Positions 10,712-20,597 of a stretch of 64,000 bases of DNA are shown here, in pieces. Source of the stretch: a candidate division TA06 bacterium (GTDB taxonomy: Bacteria > Edwardsbacteria > AC1 > EtOH8); NCBI GenBank assembly GCA_016235665.1, contig JACRJI010000013.1, positions 143,095-207,094 on the forward strand, written 5' to 3'. Within the stretch, counting starts at the first letter, position 1. Every line of letters starts with the position of its first letter. The notes beneath the pieces are model-generated. The model was not told where the DNA came from. It did not search any database and saw nothing but the letters and a program-made list of their open reading frames with translations. The position numbers were made by a program, and so were the translations under genes.

Positions 10712-13342
10712 ATGAATAAAATTGTATTTTGGGGATTGCTGGCGCTGGTAATCACCGGTCCGGCCGGTGCGGTCAAACAGCTGGCGGTGGTAAGGTACTC
10801 CAAGAAAGAAGAACTGAAAGACATCTTATCCTATGGCCGGCTGGACGTGTTGAAAATAAAACCCGGCTACGGTGTGGAATGCCTGGCGGATGATTCCGAA
10901 CTGGCCGTCTTAAAGGACAGGGGATGTGCCGTTGATGTGATCATTGACGACGTCATTGCCTACTACCGGAAGATCAAGTCCGGTTACAAGTCCGACTCCT
11001 TCGGCCCCTATTACAGCTACGCCGAGGCGGTGGCCGAGATGAACAGCCTGCATGCCCAGTACCCGTCACTGGTGTCCGCGCCGGAATCGCTGGGGGCCGG
11101 GTGGGAAGGCAGGCCGGTGTGGGCTTTTAAAGTATCCAACAGCCCCGCCTCGGACAACGGAAAACCGGGAGTGCTTTATACCGGCGTGCACCATGCCCGG
11201 GAGCCGATCACGGTGACCATAACCCTGGGATTTGCCAGATACCTCTGCCAGAATTACAGCACCGATCCCGGCATAAAAACGCTGGTGGATAACCGGCAGA
11301 TATGGTTCATACCGGTGGTCAATCCCGACGGCTATGTGTTCAACCAGACATATTCAGATTCCCTATGGCGCAAGAACCGCCGCAACAACGGGGACGGCAG
11401 CTACGGGGTGGACGTGAACCGGAATTATCCCTATATGTGGGGATATGACAATAGCGGCTCCAGCCCCACGCCGTCTTACGAGACTTACCGTGGCCCCTCG
11501 GCCGGTTCCGAGCCGGAAGTTCAGGCGGTGATGGGACTGATGATCAGGGAGGGATATTTTAAAACAGCGCTTAATTACCACAGTTACAGCAACCTGTGGA
11601 TATATCCCTGGGGCTATGCCAGCATCCAAGCCCCTGATTCATCGATCTTCCGCGATATCTCTATGGAGATTGCTGCCTACAACGGTTATGCCTACGGTAC
11701 TTCTTGGGAACTTTTATATAACACCAACGGGGATTCAGATGACTGGATGTATGGGGAGGAACTGGATAAACCAAGGTGCTTCGCCTTTACCCCGGAGGTG
11801 GGGGAGGATTTCTGGCAGGCTGATACCGCCGGCATCGTCGAGCAGTTCAACGAAAACCTGATACCCAACATAATGACGGCCCAGGCCGCCGGTGCCTATC
11901 CTGTCCCCACCGGAAAGACATCAATAGCCGGCGGAGACGGCGACACCCTGGCCGAGTCCGGGGAACTTTTGGACCTTTCGCTGGAGGTAAAGAACCGGGC
12001 CCTGGATGCAGAAGCCAACGGCATCACCGGAACCCTGGGAAGCAACGACCCCTACATGGAGATCAAGCAGGCTGCCGGGGCTTTTGGGGATATTTCGGCG
12101 CTTGCCACAAAGTATAACACAGTTCCTTTCACCATCAGCATAGATACTGTTTGCCCGGCCGGACACGCGGCTGATTTCGAGGTCAAACTTAAGGACACCG
12201 AAGGCTCCATTTATCCAGGGCAGGTCCGCCTTTCCATGACCGGCGGCATTGATACCATATTTCATAACGAGGTAGAGGCAGGGATCGGGGATTGGACCCA
12301 CAGCGGATCAGGTGATCTGTGGCATATCACCACCCATTCCAGCCACACCCCAAGCCACAGCTGGTACTGCGGCAATGAAGGCAGCTGGGTCTACAGTGAC
12401 GACATGAACTGCCGGCTGGTGTCCGGGCCCATCACCGCCAAGAGGTATTACACTTTGAGTTTCTGGCACCGCTACGGGTTGGAACTGGACTGGGATTATG
12501 GTTACGTGGAAGTATCCACAGACAACGGCGCCACCTGGATCCTGGCCGGACCTAGGTTCAACGGGACCTCCGGCTGGACCAAGCACACCATCGATCTCAG
12601 CGCTTACTCGGAAACGATCAGGCTGGGCTTCAGGCTTAATTCCGACAGCTACGTGACCGACGAAGGCTGGTACCTCGACGACATCGTGGTCACCGGAGAC
12701 ACCTCCAGCAACCGGCCTCCGGGAAAACCCCTGGCTGTTTCTCCCTCCGGAGGCGCCATAGTGCCCGACTCCCTGCCGTATTTGACCGTAAGCAATGCCA
12801 GCGATACCAATGGAGATCTTTTGTCCTATGGTTTCAACATTTACTCCGATTCTCTGCTGACCAGCATCTACGCCCAGGGAAAAAATGTGGCCTCAGGTTC
12901 CGGCAGCACGTCCTGGCAGTTGACCAAAGCTCTGGTCCCGGGTCATTACTGGTGGCGGGCTTATGCCGAAGACGGCAAGGAGAGAGGCTTGTTCTGCGAC
13001 AAGGCCCATTTCTCCTATGATCCCGACGGAATTCAGGGGGATCCGGATTCCCGGTTGATCCCGAAAACATTTTTCCTGGAACAAGGTTATCCCAATCCCA
13101 GCCGCGGCAGAGTGGAAATAACATACCAGTTGCCCCGGTCAGGAGCGGTTCAAACTAAAATCTACAATGTTTCCGGCCAGTTGGTAAGGGTTTTGGAAGC
13201 AGGCCCCAAGCCGGCCGGCTATCATGCGGTCCGCTGGGACGGGCGGGATGATCAGGGGCAGAACCTCGGTTCGGGGATATATTTCTGCAAACTGCAGACC
13301 GAAGGATTAAGCGCCACCCAAAGACTAACAGTCATCAGGTAA
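10712..13342 (+). CDS. M14-family zinc carboxypeptidase with MAM/CAJ-like domain and T9SS C-terminal sorting domain
   Basis: M14 motifs (HAREPIT, NPDGY, NRNYPYMWG). MAM-like domain (SWYCGNEGSW...FWHRYGLELDWDYGYVEVSTDNGATW...WYLDDIVV). T9SS CTD ending GIYFCKLQTEGLSATQRLTVIR. Confidence 0.85.
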   Translation: MNKIVFWGLLALVITGPAGAVKQLAVVRYSKKEELKDILSYGRLDVLKIKPGYGVECLADDSELAVLKDRGCAVDVIIDDVIAYYRKIKSGYKSDSFGPYYSYAEAVAEMNSLHAQYPSLVSAPESLGAGWEGRPVWAFKVSNSPASDNGKPGVLYTGVHHAREPITVTITLGFARYLCQNYSTDPGIKTLVDNRQIWFIPVVNPDGYVFNQTYSDSLWRKNRRNNGDGSYGVDVNRNYPYMWGYDNSGSSPTPSYETYRGPSAGSEPEVQAVMGLMIREGYFKTALNYHSYSNLWIYPWGYASIQAPDSSIFRDISMEIAAYNGYAYGTSWELLYNTNGDSDDWMYGEELDKPRCFAFTPEVGEDFWQADTAGIVEQFNENLIPNIMTAQAAGAYPVPTGKTSIAGGDGDTLAESGELLDLSLEVKNRALDAEANGITGTLGSNDPYMEIKQAAGAFGDISALATKYNTVPFTISIDTVCPAGHAADFEVKLKDTEGSIYPGQVRLSMTGGIDTIFHNEVEAGIGDWTHSGSGDLWHITTHSSHTPSHSWYCGNEGSWVYSDDMNCRLVSGPITAKRYYTLSFWHRYGLELDWDYGYVEVSTDNGATWILAGPRFNGTSGWTKHTIDLSAYSETIRLGFRLNSDSYVTDEGWYLDDIVVTGDTSSNRPPGKPLAVSPSGGAIVPDSLPYLTVSNASDTNGDLLSYGFNIYSDSLLTSIYAQGKNVASGSGSTSWQLTKALVPGHYWWRAYAEDGKERGLFCDKAHFSYDPDGIQGDPDSRLIPKTFFLEQGYPNPSRGRVEITYQLPRSGAVQTKIYNVSGQLVRVLEAGPKPAGYHAVRWDGRDDQGQNLGSGIYFCKLQTEGLSATQRLTVIR

Positions 13343-13370
13343 AATAAATATACTTCAAAGTAAGGGAGCC

Positions 13371-15014
13371 ATGAAAATAAAATTATTATTGATCCCGGTT
13401 ATGCTGTTGCTGCTGGTCCCGGCTGGTCTACAGGCCCAGTCCGGCAGTTTGATCCCGGTGAAGATCTACATCTCCTCCCACGATGATGTCTACAAGTTTC
13501 AGAAGCTGGGGGTGGGAATAGAGGAACTTAGGGACGGTTATATAGAAGCCCGTATTGCTAAATCCAAGTATGATGAGTTGATCTCTTTGGGCTGGAAAGT
13601 GGAGGGAAGATTGGTGAAAAAAATTGATCCCAAAATCGCTCTCCAATATCACAATTATATCCAAATGACCAATTTCCTCGATTCGATCCACGCCCTTTAT
13701 CCGGCTATCACGAAGAAGGTGTCAATCGGACAATCGGTCCAGGGCCGGGAACTGTGGGCGTTTCTGGTCACCGACAACCCGGACAGCGCGGAAAACGAAG
13801 CCGAGGTGCGGCTGGCCGCCAATATCCATGGCGATGAAACCGTTGGGCGGGAACTGTGCCTGGCGATGATAGATTCTCTAACGAAAGTGTATGGAGGCGT
13901 TTCCCCAATTACAGATATGGTGAACACCCGGGAAATTTGGTTCATGCCATCGTTAAATCCCGATGGTTATGAATTAGACCAGCGATATAACGCCAACGGC
14001 GTTGATCTTAACCGTAATTACCCTGTGCCAGATGGTTCGATCGGTGAGGATGGCACATATGTCAATGAAGTTGAAACACAATTGTTCATGGATTTTTGGT
14101 CAAGCAAACGGGCGGTGTTGTCCTTAAATTATCACGGTGGGGCTTTGGTCGCCAACTATCCCTGGGATTATACCGTCATCCGTTGCCCGGATGACCTGCT
14201 GGCGAAAGAAGTCTCTTTGGGTTATTCACGGCTGAATCCGCCGATGTACGCCAGTGCCGTTTTTGACAGCGGCGTGACCAACGGTTGGGATTGGTACTAT
14301 GTTTATGGGTCACTGCAGGACTGGTCGTATCATGGTACGTCTTGTTTGGATGTCACGATGGAAATAGGGACCAAATGGCCGGAGGCAAGTACTCTCCCGG
14401 CTTATTGGAGTGACAACCGCGGCGGCATGCTTTTCTTCATCCGCCAGGCTGGATTGGGACTTCAGGGCCTGGTCACAGATTCCGCCACCGGCCTGCCCCT
14501 GGACTTTGCCCAGGTTGAGGTGGCGGGGATTGACAAGCCGGTCTACTGCGATTCCATAGGGGACTATCACCGGATGCTGCTTTCGGGCGCTTACGATCTC
14601 ACTTTTTCCAAGGACGGATATTTCCCAAAGACCATCAGCGGTGTCCGGGTGAATTATGACAGCCTGACCAGCCTGGACGTGGCCCTGGTCAAGGATCCGG
14701 GGGGAGTAGAGGGCAATCCCTGCGAGATCGTGGCCCAGCGGATAAAACTGCTTAAGACCTATCCCAACCCCCTGCATAATTCAGTTACCGTTGCCTTCCA
14801 GTTATTTCAACGGTCAAGCTGCGATCTTAGAATATACAATGTTGCCGGCCAGCAGGTACGGAAAATACTTGACCGCACCATGGATCCCGGTATTTATGAT
14901 ATTAACTGGAATGGAATTGATGACGCCGGGCGGAAAACTGCCGACGGTGTTTATTGTTTTTGCTTGGATGCCGGGGGACAAAAAATTATGGGGAAAATGG
15001 TTAAGATCGATTGA
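13371..15014 (+). CDS. M14-family zinc carboxypeptidase with carboxypeptidase-regulatory-like domain and T9SS C-terminal sorting domain
   Basis: HGDETVGRE, NPDGYE and NRNYP motifs. CarbopepD_reg-like beta-sandwich (GLVTDSATGLPLDFAQVEVAGID...YDLTFSKDGYFPKT). CTD (LRIYNVAGQQV...GVYCFCL). Confidence 0.85.
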   Translation: MKIKLLLIPVMLLLLVPAGLQAQSGSLIPVKIYISSHDDVYKFQKLGVGIEELRDGYIEARIAKSKYDELISLGWKVEGRLVKKIDPKIALQYHNYIQMTNFLDSIHALYPAITKKVSIGQSVQGRELWAFLVTDNPDSAENEAEVRLAANIHGDETVGRELCLAMIDSLTKVYGGVSPITDMVNTREIWFMPSLNPDGYELDQRYNANGVDLNRNYPVPDGSIGEDGTYVNEVETQLFMDFWSSKRAVLSLNYHGGALVANYPWDYTVIRCPDDLLAKEVSLGYSRLNPPMYASAVFDSGVTNGWDWYYVYGSLQDWSYHGTSCLDVTMEIGTKWPEASTLPAYWSDNRGGMLFFIRQAGLGLQGLVTDSATGLPLDFAQVEVAGIDKPVYCDSIGDYHRMLLSGAYDLTFSKDGYFPKTISGVRVNYDSLTSLDVALVKDPGGVEGNPCEIVAQRIKLLKTYPNPLHNSVTVAFQLFQRSSCDLRIYNVAGQQVRKILDRTMDPGIYDINWNGIDDAGRKTADGVYCFCLDAGGQKIMGKMVKID

Positions 15015-15070
15015 GTAAATTCGCCGTTTTTTAAAGAGCGTTTTTCATTCTTGATTGGAAGGACCGAACC

Positions 15071-17995
15071 ATGAAATTAAAAGCACTATCGTTTTTACTG
15101 ATGGCGTTAGTTTCGGCAGTTGCCGGGACTGCCAACGAGCAGTTGATATCCGTTTCCCTTAAGGATCGGAATGATATTATCCGGTGGAGAGAAGAGAGAA
15201 TACCCACGCGGCTGTTTTTGTCGGGACAAGCCCTGTCGGTTGCCGATATCCAAACAGTAATCTATTTGAAAACCAGGGGCTATCAGGTTGAGGTTATCGG
15301 CCCATGGAACAATCAAGGCGCATACTGGGTCGCCAGGAACGGTATTCCGATAGGGAAAGGGGAGCCCGAAAAGGTGCTTTGGCAAAAGGGGAAATCAGTG
15401 ATAGGATACAACTCTTCCGGTAAGGAACTATCGTTGCCAGATCCTCACAGGTATCAGCCCTTTCCGGTAAAAGCGTTGCCAGCCAGATACTGGGATCAGA
15501 TATTATTAGTCCGGTCGGCCCCGGCCAGGCTGAAGTCCGATCCGGAAATACAGGTCCTGGTGGACCAGGTAAATTCCGATACTCTGACCGCGACCATCCA
15601 GAGACTTCAGGATTTTAAGACCAGACTGGCCCTTTCCGACAGCTGTTATGCCGCGGAGGAATGGTTGCTTCAAAAATTCAATTCCTACGGATACAGCGCC
15701 GAATATGACAGTTTCTACCACGCCCGAAGCCTTTATTTTGCCGAGCCCTGGCCCGGGGCAGGATACGACCGTAATGTATTGGCCAAGGCCCCCGGTTCTT
15801 CCAGGCCATTACAGGAGTTTGTTATCTGCGGCCACCTGGATGCCACCACCCTGGGCGGTTATTCCCACCCCATCGATACCAGTCTCTGCCGCACCGACGC
15901 TCCCGGGGCCGATGACAATGCCACGGGCAGCGCCGCCACTTTGGAAATTGCCCGGATCTGCCGGGGAACGTCATTCAACCCATCCCTAACTTATGCGTTA
16001 TGGGCGGCGGAGGAAAGCTATCTGCTGGGAAGTGACCACTATGCCGCCAGTACCCAAAACCTGGGCACCGATCTCCGGGGAGTGGTGAACATGGATATGG
16101 TGGGGTGGATGAATAGTACAGCTATTGATATAGATGTTGGAAGCAGCGACCCATTTTCTCAGTGGCTCAATGATTTGTATTCGGAGGCGGCGCTGATCTA
16201 CGCCCCGGAGCTGACCGTTTATCAAGGCATGGGGAACGGTTCCGATGATATGTCATTCGCCGACCGGGGTTACCCCGCGCTGATGCTGATCGCCGATTAT
16301 TATGCCGGCTTCAATCCCTATTATCATACCACAGAAGAGACGATAGACAAGATCAACCCCTTGCTATACACCGCAGTGACCAAAGCCTCGCTAGCGGTGA
16401 CCGCCATATTGGGGCTTTATCCCGGTCCGGTGGATTCTGTCAAATGCCGCGACCTGGGGGATGGCAGCAGACTGGTGGTCAGCTGGCAGCCCAGCCCGGA
16501 AGGTGATGTTACCGGATATAGGATATACCGGGGAAGAAGCAGCGGGAATTATGGCGATACAACTTGGGTGCCGGGACAGACGTCAAATATTGACACTATT
16601 GACGGATTGTATTCGGATTCAGCTTATTATTTCGCGGTGACGGCCATGGGATATAATAGCCGCGAAAGTTATGATGCCATGGAAGTCAGCGGAACCCCCA
16701 AGCTTCAACCCCAGGCTCCAGCCGGCCTGGCCGTAGTTCCGGTAGACTCCGGAAGCGCTTTGTTATGGGAGAACAATTTTGAACTCGATCTGGAGGGATA
16801 CAATGTCTACCGCAGGATAGATAATGGAACTTTTGACAGCCTGGCTTATACCACAGATACTTTTTTACTTGACAAGCCACTGTCCGGGGCCAGCCGTTAT
16901 TACTACAAGATAAAAGCCAGGGACACGGACGGCAACTGCAGCCAGTTTTCCGACTCGGTCTACTGCCGCCCAATTACGCTGGACCAGGGGATTCTTCTGG
17001 TTGACGAGACCAATAACTGGTCGACTGGGAGCTTTCCGAGGGACGTCCAGCAGGACAGCTTTTATAATTACATTATGTCAGGATATAAATACGAACAGTA
17101 CGAGTATGGAACCTCCCTGCAGAAGCCAATATTAGCGGACTTCGGAACGTACTCCACAGTGGCTTGGCTGGCCGATGATTACGCCGGGATGCTAGCTACT
17201 GGGGCGGTCAATGATCTGAGGAGCTACCTTGATAACGGTGGCAAACTGTGGTTGGCTGGTTGGAAACCTTCGGGGAATCTGCATAACAGCATAACCTATC
17301 CGGCGAACTATGTTGCCGGTGACTTGTCCTACGACTGTTTCAAGATTACGCATGCAGAGTTGTCGGGAACGGCGGACTCCTTTAAAACGGCCTTAGGCTT
17401 ATATGGTTACCCTGATATAACAATAGATACCCTGAAATATCCCTCCACCATCTGGGGAAAGACCTTGCGGAGCATAGAGGCCCTGACCCCGCTGGCCGGA
17501 GCGGACACCATATATGTGATGGACATGAAGAACAATGGCAGTACTTTTGAGGGCCGGGCCTGCGCGGTGCGGGACTCGGGCAAGACGGTGTTCTTTGGCT
17601 TCCCGCTGTACTTCATGGACCGGGAACAGGTAAAAGCAGCGGCCCAGAAGGTGATGGCGGAGTTCGGGGAGGAGCCGCTTGGGGCGGCGGGCAAGCCGGA
17701 GAACTTGGAGCGGATAACTGATTTCAGATTGTTCCAGAACTCACCCAACCCGTTCAAGAACCAGACGGCAATAAGTTATCAGCTTCCCCAAACGGGCCGG
17801 GTCAAACTGAACATCTATAACATCGCGGGCCAATTGGTGAAAACCCTGGTGAATGCAGAGCAAACAGCAGGCTGTTATTCAATTGCCTGGAATGGCAGCA
17901 ATGACAACGGAATGAATGTATCCAATGGTGTATATATATACCGGTTTCAGGCAGGAGATATGAGCCAAACCAGAAAAATGATAGTTTTAAAATAA
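15071..17995 (+). CDS. M28-family aminopeptidase with fibronectin-III-like repeats and T9SS C-terminal sorting domain
   Basis: M28 zinc ligand contexts (ICGHLDATT, GADDNATGSAATLEIARI, AAEESYLLGSDHY, GNGSDDMSFADRGYPAL). FN3-like repeats (VSWQPSPEGDVTGYRIYRG). CTD ending VYIYRFQAGDMSQTRKMIVLK. Confidence 0.85.
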   Translation: MKLKALSFLLMALVSAVAGTANEQLISVSLKDRNDIIRWREERIPTRLFLSGQALSVADIQTVIYLKTRGYQVEVIGPWNNQGAYWVARNGIPIGKGEPEKVLWQKGKSVIGYNSSGKELSLPDPHRYQPFPVKALPARYWDQILLVRSAPARLKSDPEIQVLVDQVNSDTLTATIQRLQDFKTRLALSDSCYAAEEWLLQKFNSYGYSAEYDSFYHARSLYFAEPWPGAGYDRNVLAKAPGSSRPLQEFVICGHLDATTLGGYSHPIDTSLCRTDAPGADDNATGSAATLEIARICRGTSFNPSLTYALWAAEESYLLGSDHYAASTQNLGTDLRGVVNMDMVGWMNSTAIDIDVGSSDPFSQWLNDLYSEAALIYAPELTVYQGMGNGSDDMSFADRGYPALMLIADYYAGFNPYYHTTEETIDKINPLLYTAVTKASLAVTAILGLYPGPVDSVKCRDLGDGSRLVVSWQPSPEGDVTGYRIYRGRSSGNYGDTTWVPGQTSNIDTIDGLYSDSAYYFAVTAMGYNSRESYDAMEVSGTPKLQPQAPAGLAVVPVDSGSALLWENNFELDLEGYNVYRRIDNGTFDSLAYTTDTFLLDKPLSGASRYYYKIKARDTDGNCSQFSDSVYCRPITLDQGILLVDETNNWSTGSFPRDVQQDSFYNYIMSGYKYEQYEYGTSLQKPILADFGTYSTVAWLADDYAGMLATGAVNDLRSYLDNGGKLWLAGWKPSGNLHNSITYPANYVAGDLSYDCFKITHAELSGTADSFKTALGLYGYPDITIDTLKYPSTIWGKTLRSIEALTPLAGADTIYVMDMKNNGSTFEGRACAVRDSGKTVFFGFPLYFMDREQVKAAAQKVMAEFGEEPLGAAGKPENLERITDFRLFQNSPNPFKNQTAISYQLPQTGRVKLNIYNIAGQLVKTLVNAEQTAGCYSIAWNGSNDNGMNVSNGVYIYRFQAGDMSQTRKMIVLK

Positions 17996-18114
17996 TAAAC
18001 AAATAACTTTACACTTAAAAAAGGTAGTTATTTAACCTTTCAATATTGTTATTGACAAAGTAACACTTTAGTGCTAACATTAAATAAAATTCTACATAAA
18101 AAGGAGGAATTAGC

Positions 18115-19194
18115 ATGAAACGTATTATTTCAATATTGATTTTTTTAACAGCCGTATCGTTTACAGGGTGTACCATAAATAATTATACCATTTTACCGAC
18201 TCAACCTGATAACAATACTACTGGCACTGAATCATTTTCGATGGCCATGTCTTTAAAGCCTGCAATCGACAGTGGGTACACTATAACCAGGATAGGGGTT
18301 AAGATTGCCAATGGTACTTTTACCGACTCTATGGATTTAACGATCTCGGGAGATTCGGCAAAGGGGACATTTACCGAGCTTGTTCCTGGCACATATACCA
18401 TTACGGTCAAGGCTTACCAAAACACAATGCTTGTGGCTCAGGGAACCGGTTCCGGCGTAGTAGTGGCGGGTGAGATGAATCAGGCCTATATTCATCTTCA
18501 GTTCGTAACCACTACTGGTGATCTTGAGATCCTAGTGGATTGGGGTACCGTGGACGAACCATTATCGGGGTTGGTAGCCTCTTATCCGTTTACCGGGAAT
18601 GCCAATGATGTCAGTGGCAACGGCCATAACGGGGTGGTGGTCGGAGCTACACTAACCTCGGACCGCTTTGGCAACACAAATTCCGCTTATTTGTTCAACG
18701 GCACCAGCAATATCATTACTCTTTGCCCAGCAAACCAGTTGAGCCTTTATGACCAGGATTTTACAGTATCTGCTTGGTTCAACGGAAGTTCATTCGTAAA
18801 CCGTGATGCGACAATATTGGGCAACGATTATGGGACAACGAGTTCTCAATTGGCATTGATGGTCCGTTATAATAAACCGTTGATGGCATTCATTTGGAAT
18901 GATACTTACGGCAAAAGCGCTATTCAGATTAATACTTGGTACCACATTGTCTTCCGCTATAAGAAAAGCATCGGGGAACAGGGAATATTTGTAAATGGAA
19001 TTCAAGATACCCTGAGTTTAGGGCACAGCGCATTCATTGGCACCGATACAGTCAGGGTCGGACGCTGGAACAGAGGAAGTTCTGCTGTCGGCTCAACTTA
19101 TTTTATGGGCATCCTTGATGATATCCAAATTTACAACCGGGCAATAAGTGATATTGAGATACAAACCCTATACCATGTGAACGGTTGGCAATAA
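18115..19194 (+). CDS. lipoprotein with LamG/concanavalin-A-like lectin domain (AT-rich gene)
   Basis: Lipobox LTAVSFTGC. LamG-like jelly-roll signature (GNGHNGVVVGATLTSDRFGNTNSAYLFNG...FTVSAWF...WYHIVF). GC content is far below the flanks. Strong RBS AAAGGAGG. Confidence 0.7.
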   Translation: MKRIISILIFLTAVSFTGCTINNYTILPTQPDNNTTGTESFSMAMSLKPAIDSGYTITRIGVKIANGTFTDSMDLTISGDSAKGTFTELVPGTYTITVKAYQNTMLVAQGTGSGVVVAGEMNQAYIHLQFVTTTGDLEILVDWGTVDEPLSGLVASYPFTGNANDVSGNGHNGVVVGATLTSDRFGNTNSAYLFNGTSNIITLCPANQLSLYDQDFTVSAWFNGSSFVNRDATILGNDYGTTSSQLALMVRYNKPLMAFIWNDTYGKSAIQINTWYHIVFRYKKSIGEQGIFVNGIQDTLSLGHSAFIGTDTVRVGRWNRGSSAVGSTYFMGILDDIQIYNRAISDIEIQTLYHVNGWQ

Positions 19195-19207
19195 AGATGC
19201 AAATCAA

Positions 19208-19247
19208 AAGAGACCCCGTCAATATTTGACGGGGTCTCTTTTTTTTA
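19208..19247 (+). terminator. rho-independent terminator (AAGAGACCCCGTCAA-tat-TTGACGGGGTCTCTT + T8)
   Basis: Perfect 15-bp stem followed by TTTTTTTT, immediately after the stop of the LamG lipoprotein gene. Confidence 0.85.
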
Positions 19248-19272
19248 TGTGATAATATTTTTAACAAACATA

Positions 19273-19306
19273 TTGCAAGGACAGGTTAAATTTGGTATCA
19301 TATAAT
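19273..19306 (+). promoter_or_regulatory. sigma-70-like promoter TTGCAA-17-TATCAT(ATAAT) for the flavoprotein/GGDEF genes
   Basis: Near-consensus hexamers with a 17-nt spacer, about 70 nt upstream of the coding start. Confidence 0.45.
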
Positions 19307-19377
19307 GTTTAAAACTATTTGCCGCAATTGCAGTTAGGTAAACCAAAATTCCTAAAGCACTGACTAAAAATATTGTT

Positions 19378-20580
19378 GTGATCGGAGGAGGTCCGGCCGG
19401 AATGATGGCCGCAGCCTCTGCCGCTAAAAATGGCGCAAATGTTGTGTTGCTGGAAAAAATGCCGGCTTTGGGCCGCAAATTGCTGCTTACCGGGCAGGGG
19501 CGCTGTAATGTCACAAATAACCTTGAACCCAAACAGTTCATTTACGACTGCGGTTCCGGCGCCCGCTTTTTGCATGGAGCCTTGAACCGTTTTTCCGGCC
19601 AGGATGCGTTGGATTTCTTTGAACAGCTGGGAGTGAAACTGGTGCTGGAGCGGGGAGGAAGGTATTTCCCGGAATCACAAAGGTCCATGGAAATACTGCT
19701 GGCCCTGCAAAAAGCCCTGAAGCAGGCCAGGGTGGATGTTGTTTGCTGTGCCAGGGTTTTGAATATTTCCAAACAGCCTGGCGGTTTTAAAATATCCACA
19801 CCCGATAAGAAATATACTGCGGATTCTTTGATAATAGCCACCGGTGGGAAGTCATATCCGGCCACCGGCTCCACCGGTGACGGTTATGGTTTTGCCCAAG
19901 AACTAGGGCACACTATCGTTCCCACCCGGCCCAGCGATGTGCCTCTGACGGTGAAGGAGGATTTTATCAAACAGCTTCAGGGGTTAAGCCTGAAGAATGT
20001 TGAACTGAAATTATGGCAGGGCCAGAAAAGGATTTCGTTATTCGGGGAGATGCTGTTCACCCATTACGGCATTTCCGGTCCGATGGCGCTGGATGCCAGC
20101 CGGGTGGCCGGCGGGTGGCTTAAAGACGGGCCGGTGCAATGTTCGCTGGACCTTAAGCCCGCCCTGTCAAACGAAGTGTTGGACCAGCGGCTGCTGCGCG
20201 ACATGGATTCCCAGGGCAGGAAGACCTACAAAAATCTTTTAAAAGGGCTGCTGCCGTCAAGCCTGATCCCGGTATTCTGCTTACTTTCCCGGATAAACCA
20301 GAACATCCTGGTCAACCAATTGAACAAAGAACAGCGGGGCGTGGTCAGAAAACTGATGAAGGGGATTCATTTCACCATCACCGGTTTAAGGGGCTATGAC
20401 GAAGCAGTGGTCACCGCTGGCGGAGTGGATCTCTCGGAGGTCAATCCCAAAACAATGGAATCCAAGAAAACGCCCGGCCTGTATTTTTGCGGGGAAGTAT
20501 TGGACCTGGACGGTCCTTGCGGGGGATACAACCTGCAGATAGCCTGGTCCACCGGGTTTGCGGCCGGGAACAGTGTCTAA
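19378..20580 (+). CDS. HI0933/BaiN-family NAD(P)/FAD-dependent flavoprotein
   Basis: N-terminal Rossmann GGGPAG dinucleotide fold (IVVIGGGPAGMMAA), HI0933-like middle and C-terminal regions. The true start is probably a non-ATG codon (GTG at 19378 or ATT at 19372). Confidence 0.75.
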   Translation: MIGGGPAGMMAAASAAKNGANVVLLEKMPALGRKLLLTGQGRCNVTNNLEPKQFIYDCGSGARFLHGALNRFSGQDALDFFEQLGVKLVLERGGRYFPESQRSMEILLALQKALKQARVDVVCCARVLNISKQPGGFKISTPDKKYTADSLIIATGGKSYPATGSTGDGYGFAQELGHTIVPTRPSDVPLTVKEDFIKQLQGLSLKNVELKLWQGQKRISLFGEMLFTHYGISGPMALDASRVAGGWLKDGPVQCSLDLKPALSNEVLDQRLLRDMDSQGRKTYKNLLKGLLPSSLIPVFCLLSRINQNILVNQLNKEQRGVVRKLMKGIHFTITGLRGYDEAVVTAGGVDLSEVNPKTMESKKTPGLYFCGEVLDLDGPCGGYNLQIAWSTGFAAGNSV

Positions 20581-20597
20581 AACCCAACTTGTTTTTG

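Noticed and set aside
20487-20597. 5' extension of the GGDEF ORF overlapping the end of the flavoprotein gene
   Set aside because: The extension is Arg/Gly-rich and overlaps the preceding coding sequence. The ATG at 20598 precedes the first TM helices.
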